A stretch of DNA of 64,000 nucleotides from Chlorokybus atmophyticus (Eukaryota > Plantae > Mesostigma and Chlorokybus algae). Every line of letters begins with the position of its first letter. Within the stretch, counting starts at the first letter, position 1. Below the pieces are notes generated by a model. The model was not told the DNA's origin and did not search any database. It saw only the letters and a list, made by a program, of their open reading frames with translations. This document shows, in pieces, positions 36,510-48,801 of this stretch. The DNA lies in NCBI GenBank assembly GCA_009103225.1, contig RHPI01001428.1, positions 246,158 to 310,157 on the forward strand, given 5' to 3'. Both the position numbers and the translations under genes were made by a program.

Positions 36510-37900
36510 AAACCTACCTGGGTTGTGAGTAGCAAGCGCATGTCAGCTTCGTCATACTTGAACCCAACAACCACGCCAGTAGTGATGACGCGAATGGGGG
36601 TGCATATGCTCTTTTAAACTCTCCACTCCAAGAGTGCTGCCACAAAAAAAGGTACTGCACACATAACAATTTGTTGGGATAACGTATGATGGAAATTAAC
36701 ATGCATTCATGTATTGTTCAAATTGTGCGCTTACCAATATGTGCGCCTTTCCCTAAAGAGTCTTGCGAAAGGAACTCCGTGTTGGGATACAGGTCAGTAC
36801 CCTGCCTACCACCAACAACAATACGCAAGCGAAGATCAGACATGTAGACTTATAACTTGGCACGACTCACAATACCTGACGTCGCACGACCCGCCAAATT
36901 CTCCTTTGCGGTGGCATCTGAATTTCCTCCTCGAACCTTTCCACTCGCGTCGCAAAATGCAGCAAATCGGTAAACAGCCCTTTATTGCGCTTTTCTTCTT
37001 TGGACAAGATTAGCGCTAACCCTGGCTCAAGCAATGGACGCACTTCTTTCTTTACATCAGAAAGGATCGACCTTACATTGTGCAAAACGTTGGCCGCCGA
37101 CCTCGAACTTCACATTGAAGATGTTGTTGCGGCCGATAACTGTTGCATCGGCAAGTCGAGCTAATGCACGCCAACTCTCATGAGTGTGCATGTCGGCGTC
37201 ACCGTCCATGTTATCATGTGTTGGGTTCGCTTGCGCGATACACCCAAGACGCGCTCTGAACTCCTAGGCTTGAGCACATACACATTGTTGGCGCGAAATA
37301 AAAAAAGATCTCTTGTCAAAGCAAGGCCTAGTATCTCCACTGTAACGGGAAGGTATATTTAAGTATTACAAATCGACCATAAAACCTTGCACACGAATTC
37401 CACATTCATTGTTTCTCAATCCAATAACATCGTAGATGGTCACTTTATAAGTGCCATCATCAATAGGTCGCGACTTGCCTAATGGCAGTCGCGTCGGACT
37501 GACCAGCTCAGTCGGCGCGGCAGGACGCGACCTGCCTGTCGCGATGCGACCTGTGGGGCCGGCAGCGGTGCGCTATGCGCGCGTTGACCGGTATGGGCTT
37601 AAATTGGCCGGTCCTTGGGTGGTGGGGCCGGTGACCGACCCTAAATCCTTCCCCTGGGAAGATTCCCCAGCTGATGGGCGCCAGCTGCCGAGGACGTCAA
37701 CGTTCTTAAGTGGGGGGGAATGTAACGGGAAGGTACATTAAATTACCACAAATCGACCATAAAAGCACCAAGTCTATTGTGGTCGAGTGGGCTGTGACAT
37801 CCACTCCAACGTAGCCTGCAGCGTCCAGAAACTCCTTCAATCGATTCTGCAAAGTGACAATGATAACATTGTCGTTGATGTCCACAAATTGCCGTGCCAT
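36510..37900 (-). pseudogene. Highly diverged ribosomal protein uS3 (RPS3)-like relic, interrupted by an LTR fragment
   Basis: MARQ...DNVIIVTLQNRLKEFLDAAGYVGVDVTAHSTTIDLVL aligns without gaps from the D to uS3 [49 protein letters not shown] aligns to CAIAQAESLRYKL, with TAG (37266-37264) in place of E. There is a frameshift at a T7 run. The 3' extent is tentative. Confidence 0.45.
37341..37764 (+). mobile_element. Truncated non-autonomous LTR element (Ty3/gypsy-like)
   Basis: Direct repeat TGTAACGGGAAGGTA...ACAAATCGACCATAAAA (~44 bp) at 37341 and 37721. [12 protein letters not shown] lies immediately before the second copy, preceded by GCCGAGGACGT at 37687-37697. No TSD or clear PBS found. 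Confidence 0.6.
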
Positions 37901-37991
37901 TCAAGGCTCATGGCCTTTAAACAGTAACGTAACCGTTAATGGGTTGTCTTTGAAGCCAACCTGTTGTACACACACACATGGTGTAAGTCGT

Positions 37992-38075
37992 GGACATGTG
38001 TGCGCATGTCCGTGTGCGAGTAACCCGCGTGTGTGTACACGCGGGACACACCATAGGTGTGTCTCGCGTGTACAC
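37992..38075. repeat. Cluster of overlapping hairpins
   Basis: GGACATG..CATGTCC (37992-38011); CCCGCGTGT-GTGT-ACACGCGGG (38024-38045); 20-bp stem GTGTACACGCGGGACACACC-ATA-GGTGTGTCTCGCGTGTACAC (38033-38075). Confidence 0.75.
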
Positions 38076-39864
38076 ATACGTATGCACATATACATACAAA
38101 TGCATGCGTACATGTTGTACATGCATTCAATCCCGCGCATTCTTATATGTAACTCTAGCGCCTTTAATTCACCCATACTCACCTTTCCCCGACAGGCTTT
38201 CAGCCGTGCCCTCAGTCAACAGTTTGTCTTTTTCGGTATACGCCTAACACCAAATATATATTAGCGCGTGGAGAACTTACTGCTTGCAGAAAGTGCAATA
38301 CAACAAAGTAGTCATACCTCTTGGAGGTCTGCTTTGGGTTATGCCATGCAAGAAAAGACCATCTGATCACGCTGGAGCATATCTCTACAATATCGGCATT
38401 TATAGCCACATCAACCTTCTAAGGTTTATCTTTGAGGTCCTTCTGTCGCACCCACATCGCAACTTTTTGCACATCCCTACATAGCACATTGTTGTAAGCA
38501 ACGCGTGCTCCATGTGAGCGGTATTGCAGTTGGCAAAGAGGCAGGGCGAAGACATCTGAAACGCAAGGTGACTCTAACTTAAACCGGATATGAGTCATGA
38601 TGTGTATGTTACAGCAGATGCCGCCCGCTTACCCAATGCTTTGCGGCTTGGTGGCTGCCCGCATCGGTGACAGTGCACGCGCTTGCCACTGTGAACGCCT
38701 GACAAAAACAGCAGCAAACATTGTGTCAAGAAGCAGCTACGCGAGCAGCGCTTTTTGCTATGTAACATTAGACACTAGACAAAGCCCTCGAAGGTTCCCC
38801 TCCACGGTAGGGCCTACCGTGGGTAACGGGATGCATATGATGGCCGAATCATGTTCGTACACATCTTTGTTGTCGGGTCGGGGGAAGTCGAGGGTCACAC
38901 TGTCTCGGGATGCTGCAGGGAAACTTTCTTGAAGTCCTGCTTGCTCGCCTTGCTGCTGCAACATGCTATAACATGTGACAAAAGTAAAAGATAACCCAGC
39001 TTGTATGGCGAGGCATGCTTGGTGGAGCTGCTCCACTGTTGCTGAGTCACACGGACATTTGGAGGCGGTGTCCTCCTTAGTGTACATGCTGTGCTGTAGG
39101 ACACACAATCAACAAGCCACTACGATAGGTAGTGCTGTTTACACAATTCTTTGCATGAGCGGAAAATGTGTTACACTGTTAAGTGAGGTGAATGAGCAAG
39201 CAACACGTGGATACTATGCCCTGACTGATGCCAACAAGCACACTACAACCAGGCACACCAGGCTCACAGCGATGACAAGCATGATGCACACATGAGCATG
39301 CACAGGCTCTCACACAGTGAGGGGGTTCTTGGTAACCGGGATGGCGTGTTCGTAGTTCAGGTCGTTTCACAAGCTCTTAGCTTCTCACTCACAGTGTCAC
39401 CAGCTGATCCGGTAAACACTGTGACTACTCATACAAGTCAAATCATGACTGTTCAGAACATAAGCTAACGGTCATATCGAGGCTATTTCCACAGCGATTG
39501 TCAATCGATATAGAACACAACTTATAACTGAACTCACAACTGAACAGCTACGCGCGGTGCCTATGTAGGCTATGGTCGTGGGCTACCCTGAAGTCATGAC
39601 CTAGCTACTGGTCCGGGACGCGCGCGCGTTAGTATGTTGGTAGGCCGGGCGACGGTTTCGATGTAGGCATGCCCGACGAAGGCTGGTATGTGTGGGCATT
39701 AGGCATGACATTGTCATATAAGCTTCCATAACCTTGGTAGCCCTTGCATAGAGTTTGTATCTTTTATCGTGCTTGCAGAGTTTTGAATCGTTGTAAACAT
39801 AATATGTGTTTAGACACGTTATTGTGTTTACATACACAGATTCGTGTGTTTGTAAACATCATCA

Positions 39865-41119
39865 TGTGTGATGGCTTATAGTACACATCACATGTGGCAC
39901 CAACGCGCATTGCCTGCCCACAATAATGCAACACTCTTCATTACAAACTTGCGGATGTTACTAAGCAATTTGCGTTGGCATTGATCTAGCTACGTGTTAG
40001 GCCAACATGGCTATAATGTCATAAATAAACGAGAATTACATACAACACATTAGTAAAACACGAGCGGCAGCTGCCTTTGCAAATGAGCCATTCGCTTCAT
40101 TGCTTGCTCAGGTAGCGTTACAATTTACATACCGGTATGGAACGTTGTCTTTGTTTTTATTATTTCTGGATGTTAATATTTACCATTGGCATGCCACAAC
40201 CAATAACATCGCCATTGGTCTCTGCTTGAATATTCCTTTATAAGCAGAATAAGAACTTTGAGCTCAGACATTTCACATGACATCTTTCAGCACAGCTTTA
40301 ATGCTTGTCGAACCCTACTCGATGCACATTATTACCATGTGATAATGCTGAAAGGTAGCATCTGTGATATGAGATGCATGAAATCATGGTGTGACTTTGG
40401 CAATATAGGTGCCGTGCTATGACCAGAAATCAACACTATACATCTATATACCAATGCGCAAGCAGATATTCTTGCTATCATAATGCGCTTGTGTGATGGC
40501 TTATAGTACACATCACATGTGGCACCAACGCGCATTGCCTGCCCACAATAATGCAACACTCTTCATTACAAACTTGCGGATGTTACTAAGCAATTTGCGT
40601 TGGCATTGATCTAGCTACGTGTTAGGCCAACATGGCTATAATGTCATAAATAAACGAGAATTACATACAACACATTAGTAAAACACGAGCGGCAGCTGCC
40701 TTTGCAAATGAGCCATTCGCTTCATTGCTTGCTCAGGTAGCGTTACAATTTACATACCGGTATGGAACGTTGTCTTTGTTTTTATTATTTCTGGATGTTA
40801 ATATTTACCATTGGCATGCCACAACCAATAACATCGCCATTGGTCTCTGCTTGAATATTCCTTTATAAGCAGAATAAGAACTTTGAGCTCAGACATTTCA
40901 CATGACATCTTTCAGCACAGCTTTAATGCTTGTCGAACCCTACTCGATGCACATTATTACCATGTGATAATGCTGAAAGGTAGCATCTGTGATATGAGAT
41001 GCATGAAATCATGGTGTGACTTTGGCAATATAGGTGCCGTGCTATGACCAGAAATCAACACTATACATCTATATACCAATGCGCAAGCAGATATTCTTGC
41101 TATCATAATGCGCTTGTGT
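39865..41119. repeat. 625-bp tandem repeat: two apparently identical copies plus the start of a third, ending at an N gap
   Basis: Unit starts TGTGTGATGGCTTATAG at 39865 and 40490; TGTGT at 41115 is followed by N at 41120. Confidence 0.9.
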
Positions 41120-41134
41120 NACGTTGCTTGCAAT

Positions 41135-42038
41135 AGCATTTTGGTAAGAAAAGAGGAGCGAACGCAATGTACTGTTACTGAATGCTGCAACTGCGCAACC
41201 TTGTTGTAACCCTACAACATCCTCTGCTGAAGAAAAGATTATGTGCGCCACGCTTTGCAAGAAGCGGGCAACCTCGCAACTGGGAGGTGATCATCAGAAG
41301 TGCAAACCTGTGCCAAACAGCCTCGCTGCCGTCGTGAAGGCATAGAGGTATTTGTCTGGGATGTTCCCCAAGTAAGCCGGCACGCCAGGAACTCGGCCGG
41401 CTGCGCGCTTTACGCCCATCGCAAGTATGGGCAGCAGTAGGAATGATGTGACTATCTTCTGCACCACTCGCACAGTCAAATCACCAGCGAATGTTAGCAT
41501 GAAGCTACCGAATTCTTCACGCGTCAACTGCCCGTTCCTTTCTTTGTCTTGAGCCTTTAATCAGAGAGAAGCTTGTCAACGTAATGAAAGAACGAGTAAA
41601 GCTGTGCATTGCAAACACAGACAATGACACACAGGCTTTGCACACAGGCTTCACCAGACAGCTCCTTACTCGCAAGGCTCGGAACACTTCTTCTCGGGTG
41701 GGCGGAACTGCCGGCTTAGGTAAACGTTTATTGAGTTCGCTGCAAGCACCAGCAGTTGGGGACGAGTGCACAGGAACAGCTATTGTGTAGAAACTCAGCA
41801 GCATTGCCTGCATGCCCACCTGTACACGTACAACACCGCATTGTACAGCTCGCTGGAGTCAATCGTGCCATCGCCCTGCTGGTCCGCATACTTGAAGTAC
41901 CCTTGCTGGCAGAGCCTCATGAAGGCATCGTAGCGGACTTTGCCTGCAGCGCAAGTAAAGCAACGCCTGTTCTATCAACGCTCTGTAAGCAGAGACCATG
42001 AATAGACCAAACAACAACGTACAACCAACACAGTGACC
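41135..42038 (-). pseudogene. 904-bp partial duplicate of the EF-hand gene at 47295-48466 (exons 2-4 and 3' flank, lacking exon 1)
   Basis: Matches 47136-48039 at offset 6001, and the ORF-track translations are identical. It diverges after ...CAGTGACC. Confidence 0.85.
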
Positions 42039-42330
42039 CCTTCACGACAGTCTCAGCCCATTGAAAAAGACATTGTTGCTTGGTGACATCAAGCAACGAT
42101 TCCTTCGTTCAATCATAGCATGAAAGATAATTAAGTGGACTCTTACTTTCCACTTTACTATACTTTTGGCTATTATGGATGCATTTTTCGCAGATCGAAA
42201 CGTGCTGAATAAATGATGAGTAACTCAAATCGAAAGCAGTGACCGCGATGTCCAGTTAACTAGATTGGTAGAGTAAACCGATGTTTATACCAAAGGTGAA
42301 ACAATTGTTGCAGATAATTCCGCATAGCGT

Positions 42331-42370
42331 AGCATAGCATAGCATAGCATAGCATAGCATAGCATAGCAT
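42331..42370. repeat. (AGCAT)8 microsatellite
   Basis: Directly visible. Confidence 0.95.
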
Positions 42371-43427
42371 AGCTGATGAGCGGGATTCTGTGTGGAAAAT
42401 TAACTACATGCGAATATCAATTGAATTACCATGATTGAGACGATACCTTTCATACGAAGTGCCCATTGTTCAAATACAGCGACAGACCATTAAGATGTGG
42501 CATGTGCCTTGCAGCGAATAAAGGTGATGACCTTTATGGAGCTAGAAGCAACGGCAATGGTAGTAGTACTGGGTTGAGGGCCCGTGGCGCAACCACCCGG
42601 ACCACGGAGGTGGACACGGCACAATGTGAACAATGCATGTGTTGTGCATGTTACAGGCATCACTTCGATACACATAGTGGGACAGCGGCGATATGTGTAC
42701 AAAAAATGCAAGTGATGCACGCTACATGCACGACACATGCATAGGGTATGAGTCATATTGCACATGTGCAGTCTGTGCACACACGCGAACAACAACAATA
42801 ACACTCAAGCTAGCGAACAAGCAAGGCATCACACTTACATTACACCCGGGGCCATCACACTGGTGAAGCAGGCAGCAGCAGCAGCAGCAGCAAACACCAG
42901 CCAACCAGCAAGAGTGCACAAGTGTGCATGGTGCATACACGGGAGACCAGCAATGAGCCACAAATAAGATCACAAGGGAGTGCTAGTGCTAGTGCTAGTG
43001 CTATGCAATGTGGTCGGTCCATGAGTCTTGTCTGCGCGAGATATGGAATGCGAGAATGCGTGCAAGCAAGGTGTGTAAGATCTAAGACACTATCCGAAAC
43101 ATGTCTGCTTGTGTGCTGAGATTCTTGTCGTTAGAGAGCAGTTCGGCCACAGCAAGTGGCCGTGGTGTAGGTATACAGAAGTTCATTGGTGTAATGGCTG
43201 GCAACATGGTGCATTGCAAAGTCACTCGATGTTGCCTGTATTGAACACACAAACTGCAGCCCATGCTTATGCAGCTGGCTTGTGCAGCACAGTTGTGAAG
43301 CATTCACGCATGCACTATGCTAGCAGGCACTTGTCAAGTAGGATGGGACATAGAAGTGCAATCAGCACATGCGTCATCTCCTGACACCAACACTGTGCAC
43401 CCCATTGAACAACAGTGCTGCAACAGT

Positions 43428-45455
43428 TCACAGCTCTGTCCGCTCAACAGCTGAGGGCTGTCCATTGAGTTCCTCCTCGCTTTGAGCGAATATCTCTTCT
43501 ACCCGTCGACGCTTTCGCTCAGCATCCATCTCGGCTTGCGTAAGGCCTCTTCTAGAGGATGGCACGATGCGACCGGGCGCTCGCAAGTGTGGCACGCCAT
43601 TGCTCGCATCCAACTTGGACCCTTTCGTCACTAACGTGATGGCTTTTGCTTGGCGTGCCCAGTTTAAGGAAAACCCAACGGTAGGCCTATCTCCCGGCGG
43701 CGGCAACAGCGCCGCTTCCATCATACTAGGCTTCGGTGGCCTATCCTTTTCAGGCGTCTTGCCAGACTTCACAATGCTTTCAAACACGCGCTTGGCAGAC
43801 AGCTGTCGGTCTACCCCTCGCGAGGCTGAAGGCTGCGCTGCGCTCCCAAAACCCAACTCTTCCTGGCCTTCAGCGGGTCTCGGCTCTGAGCCAGAGACGG
43901 TGACTGTAGCAGAAGGATCAACCTGTGCAGCGCCGGGTGTAGCCTCATTCGATGTGTTGGGACCTATTCGGTCGTGCAATCGCACAAGTGCATCTTCAAC
44001 CTGTAACGCATCTGCCTCAACACAAAAGGATGCGCTATTCTCTGCTTTGCTCAATTTACACACCAAGATGCAGAATCTTACTTGGCGCTTCTCCTGTACA
44101 CGCGCAACTCGTTCCTTTTGCGGATCCCTATCGCGCTTATGGTAGACGGGCGTGGACTTATATGTGTGTGGGTCGGGGAAAGCGGGCAAAAACTTGGGTA
44201 TGTGAGATGGGGGCTCTTCGTTTGTCTCTGCAAAGGTCGGAAGCTCTCGTGGTTTCCTGAGGGCAGGAAACTTCGGCAACGCACGCGCAAATGGTATTTC
44301 GTCCGCGTGTTGTACATACAGCATGAGGTCTTCAACTGTTGTGCCCAAACCTGCAATGAATGAAGGCGACTTGTACAATGGACACTGAAATACAGCAAAT
44401 AGCAAACTGCCAAACATGCGTTGTATCACCATGCGTCATGTAACTAACGTCAGTAAACAGTAGTTGCATTTTACCATTCACGGCAGCAATCATGTTCAGC
44501 TGGCAACCACCTACCTTCAAGTGCGAGGAGTATGTCAAACAAGTTGCTCTCTGTGCGTCCAGCATGCTCAGCATAAGCATGTGCACTGTGCCCCACCTCA
44601 GATAGATATTTTAACAAAATGTCTGCAAGTGTCTCCGATGCAGAGCGCTGGATTGCCTCAAAGCCGAGAGCCTGTCATGTGCAAATACGCTTCAGTGACC
44701 TCAGGTTGTGCGGTCCCTTCTCTGCAATGTGCTTCCTGCACTGGGCAATGTGCAACACTTGCCATCTTGGGCAACACACACTGTGGACACCCTGTTTCTG
44801 CATGTGTATACATGCGTGCTTGGTTACACCGCAACTATCATAGTAGCTGCTGCTTTGGGTCGCGCAATAGTGCTAATTAATGCGCAAGGTGCAATGGCAG
44901 TGGATATGTGTTGTCTCAATGAACCTGACTAACTAGCATTGATTAAGCATCATGCATGGCGGTGTGTGAACCATGCTGTTGCGCTGTTTCTGTACCAACA
45001 GAGTCCGGGCGGCCAGTCATCTTGTCACAACTCACAGCTAAGCTCCATGAGCCATACAAGATTCGTGTTGCTGCGTTGAATGCTAAAAGTACAAGGTATT
45101 GTTGTATTGCGAGCAAGCTGACCAGCATTGAGCCGTTTAGCTGAGACCGACGCAGAAGCCCCAGATGTTGATTGTGTAAATAAATGTAATAAAAATGTAA
45201 TAAAAATTTGACAAGCGACACAGTGACTGCACCCTCAACATGTGCGTGCATGCGTTTGGTTAAGCTGTCCGCTGATATAAATTAACAGGCGTGCAAACGA
45301 GAGCGCTGAATGTAACACAAGGATGCTTGTGGATGGCATAATTACCAGCACGACCACGCCAAGATAAAGTGAGACACCACTGACACCAGCAACGCTCCAA
45401 CCTGAGCTGTTTGCGACACGACAATCTTGGCAATAGCGCGCGCAAAGTTTTCCAT
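43428..45455 (-). CDS. TAF8: TFIID subunit 8; exons 45455-45402, 44671-44515, 44350-44082, 44000-43428 (350 aa)
   Basis: Histone-fold/BTP region MENFARAIAKIVVSQTAQ|ALGFEAIQRSASETLADILLKYL...AEHAGRTESNLFDILLALE, and TAF8-C motif SHIPKFLPAFPDPHTYKSTP. Frames join correctly. Confidence 0.88.
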
Positions 45456-45750
45456 TCCAGCCAGCGGAGGGAGGCGGGAGGGGAGGCCGCCCGCACCCCG
45501 CCTCAGCTGCCGCCGTGGGACGCACCATAAACGCCAGCCCAGCGAGCCAGACCACCGCGCAGCAGGCCGCCCTGACCAGGCTAGGCCTCACGCAATGCCT
45601 GAACGCACCTCTACATAGCCGGCAACAATCAAATCCCTCAGAACGCAAACAACTGTCCCTTCGATGACCACACCACCGCCGCCGCCGCCGCCGCCGTCGC
45701 CGCCGCCGCCACCACCACCGTCGACATGCACAGCTTCAGGCAAATACAGC

Positions 45751-45759
45751 AAACCCTAA
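45751..45759 (+). promoter_or_regulatory. Telo-box-like motif AAACCCTAA in the TAF8/EF-hand divergent promoter
   Basis: Exact match; function inferred. Confidence 0.45.
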
Positions 45760-45942
45760 TTCTGTTTTTTGTTTTTTGTTTTTCTTTTTTGACGAACGTT
45801 AGCGCAGCAGCAAGGCTGCCAATGCGGCTGAACGTTAATTCGATGTGCTATATATAGGCAGGCAGGCAAGCTTTGGCGCAAGTTGCCACGCGTCGCCACG
45901 CCACGCGAGGCGGCGGCGGCGGCCGCTGCCGCCGCAGCAGCC

Positions 45943-46906
45943 ATGCCGACAGCAGCGAGGCGGAGGCCTCCCCGCCTTACCAGAGAGCAGAGAATGCAGC
46001 TCACGCAGGCAGAATTAAGACATCACACCCACGCACGAGCACGCCCACCCACCCACCCACCCACAGCGCTAGCAGTATCGTGGCACAGCTTCCACAAACC
46101 AACGTCGTGACCTCACTGACTCAAGCTCACTATCTCACACAGGTGTTTCGTCTGTTCGCCAATCCCCTCACCTTAGACCCCACAGCCATCTCCCCTCGCG
46201 CGGCTGTTCGCGCAGCGCGGATGCTCGGGACCGATGCAGCGGCCGCGTTCACTGGCAAGGAGGCAGTCACCTTCCCGGAGTTCGTCGAGGGCGTTGTGGG
46301 GGATGAAGAGACCAATATGGCCAGGGACGCCAATGTGCAGGTATAATATCTTGATGAACTGTGTGCAGTGTGCGTGAGAAGCAGCAATGAACTGTGTGTC
46401 AGAGGCCGGTTTGCCCGTCAATTTGCGCTTGTGCATGCGTGCGTGTGCGCGTGCGCGTGCGCGTGCGTGTGTTGTATTCCCGTGTACACATGAGGATACA
46501 TACGTGGCTTCACAGCCGCACGGTTATGTACACATGTGTACTTGTGTGCACTGCACACAACGCCCAAATGCCTGTCCGTGCTGGCGTCGTGCATGTCTTG
46601 TAACGTGTTGCATTGGCTGCCCGATGCGCATGGCGACGTTTATATAACCAACAGCACACGGCTTTGGTGCAGCTGGAGCAGTTTTTGGAAGATGTGGACA
46701 TCAAGCGTTCGGGCATCGTTACGGCGGAAGCAATCTATCAGTTCATGCAGGAGTGCGGGGACATCTTCCCAATGGCGACTGCAGTAGAGCTTGTTGAGTG
46801 CGCGGACACGCTTTTCCTCGAAGGGGACTGCATCTCACGTGAGGACCTAAAGCAGTTCATGCGGGTGCAGATGGGACTTGCAAGCAAACAGAGCGCGCGG
46901 CCATGA
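45943..46906 (+). CDS. Divergent centrin/calmodulin-like EF-hand protein; exons 45943-46008 (or -46074), 46143-46340, 46655-46906
   Basis: RLTREQRMQLTQ|VFRLF resembles the centrin start. VTFPEFV, DVDIKRSGIVTAEAI and ISREDLKQFM are degenerate EF-hands. Confidence 0.6.
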
Positions 46907-47294
46907 AGTAGGCTGGAACACGCTCGGCCACATGTGATTGCACTGTTTGTTTGTAACTATTGTGCACGCAGTGTTGCTCACATTGTACAGTTGTAACGAA
47001 CTTCAATCACCAAGTCAAGCAGTTGTAGACTATGGTTTCAACAACCCGAGTTGCTGCGTTGGGGCAAATGCTCATGTCGATGCTTACTTTAACATTGTCT
47101 CACAAACTCATATACCAAAGTCTAGTTCTTACGACAGCATTTTGGTAAGAAAAGAGGAGCGAACGCAATGTACTGTTACTGAATGCTGCAACTGCGCAAC
47201 CTTGTTGTAACCCTACAACATCCTCTGCTGAAGAAAAGATTATGTGCGCCACGCTTTGCAAGAAGCGGGCAACCTCGCAACTGGGAGGTGATCA

Positions 47295-48466
47295 TCAGAA
47301 GTGCAAACCTGTGCCAAACAGCCTCGCTGCCGTCGTGAAGGCATAGAGGTATTTGTCTGGGATGTTCCCCAAGTAAGCCGGCACGCCAGGAACTCGGCCG
47401 GCTGCGCGCTTTACGCCCATCGCAAGTATGGGCAGCAGTAGGAATGATGTGACTATCTTCTGCACCACTCGCACAGTCAAATCACCAGCGAATGTTAGCA
47501 TGAAGCTACCGAATTCTTCACGCGTCAACTGCCCGTTCCTTTCTTTGTCTTGAGCCTTTAATCAGAGAGAAGCTTGTCAACGTAATGAAAGAACGAGTAA
47601 AGCTGTGCATTGCAAACACAGACAATGACACACAGGCTTTGCACACAGGCTTCACCAGACAGCTCCTTACTCGCAAGGCTCGGAACACTTCTTCTCGGGT
47701 GGGCGGAACTGCCGGCTTAGGTAAACGTTTATTGAGTTCGCTGCAAGCACCAGCAGTTGGGGACGAGTGCACAGGAACAGCTATTGTGTAGAAACTCAGC
47801 AGCATTGCCTGCATGCCCACCTGTACACGTACAACACCGCATTGTACAGCTCGCTGGAGTCAATCGTGCCATCGCCCTGCTGGTCCGCATACTTGAAGTA
47901 CCCTTGCTGGCAGAGCCTCATGAAGGCATCGTAGCGGACTTTGCCTGCAGCGCAAGTAAAGCAACGCCTGTTCTATCAACGCTCTGTAAGCAGAGACCAT
48001 GAATAGACCAAACAACAACGTACAACCAACACAGTGACCACAACAACAAGCCACCACATTCAATGTTATAACTGTACCACATACATGTGTGCTGACTGTG
48101 TTTACACGTTGGTCTATACGGAATGCGAGCATGTCCATGGTGCCGTCTATCACAGAGCAGCTCATGCAGCCAACAGCGTGATGCAGACAGAAGTTGGCTT
48201 TGGTGGCATTCGTCAACACCAGCTGGTGGTGCAGCCTTTCTTGACGCGCTCAATACCTCATAGTGGGATGATATGGTGAGGTACAACTCCTGCAGATGTG
48301 CTTCGTACAACACCCATTTACGTTTGGCCTCTCGACTGCCAGGGACGCAGTTCTATGACAACTTCATGCACAAAACCATCACCCTTGCAACGCCAGAAGC
48401 TTCAAAGCACTTGTGCAGGTAAAACATAGCGTAGTTTGATCAACACTTACTTCCTCCGCCGCCCAT
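47295..48466 (-). CDS. Plant-type small EF-hand Ca-binding protein with hydrophobic C-terminus; exons 48466-48451, 47944-47821, 47740-47671, 47555-47295 (156 aa)
   Basis: MGGGGS (myristoylation-like start), EF loop DQQGDGTIDSSE, LYNAVLYVYSELNKRLP..PPTREEV, DKERNGQLTREEF and VPGV. This matches my recollection of an uncharacterised land-plant EF-hand family. Confidence 0.8.
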
Positions 48467-48801
48467 TGTGCGGTCAGCGGCGACGGTAGCGGGTGTCAAG
48501 CGGCGGAGCTGAAAAGCTGCTTGTTGTCAGCTCATACTCCGCAGCAAGTGGACCAAACGCCCATGCAGCCTTCTTACGTAGCACACACACTGTCTCACTT
48601 ATCTGCCTATACAATCAAGCCACCGACCAACAATGCCACTACAGTGAGACACACAGTGATATGATATGCCTTGCCTGCCCAGGTGCGGCAAATGCGCATG
48701 CGCTGCAGTGTGCGCTGCTCAGGAGTCGCGCGCTGTGTGCTGAATGACAACACACACACCCGGGCAGTTTTGGATGCTCACAGTACACTGTGACTAGCTG
48801 C

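Noticed and set aside
38448-38460. CCCACATCG resembling the plant snRNA USE element
   Set aside because: No properly spaced TATA box and no recognisable snRNA downstream.
38212-39108. Coding-like minus-strand stretches upstream of the uS3-like relic
   Set aside because: Interrupted by stops and not assignable to any family by eye; only a translated search could rescue them.
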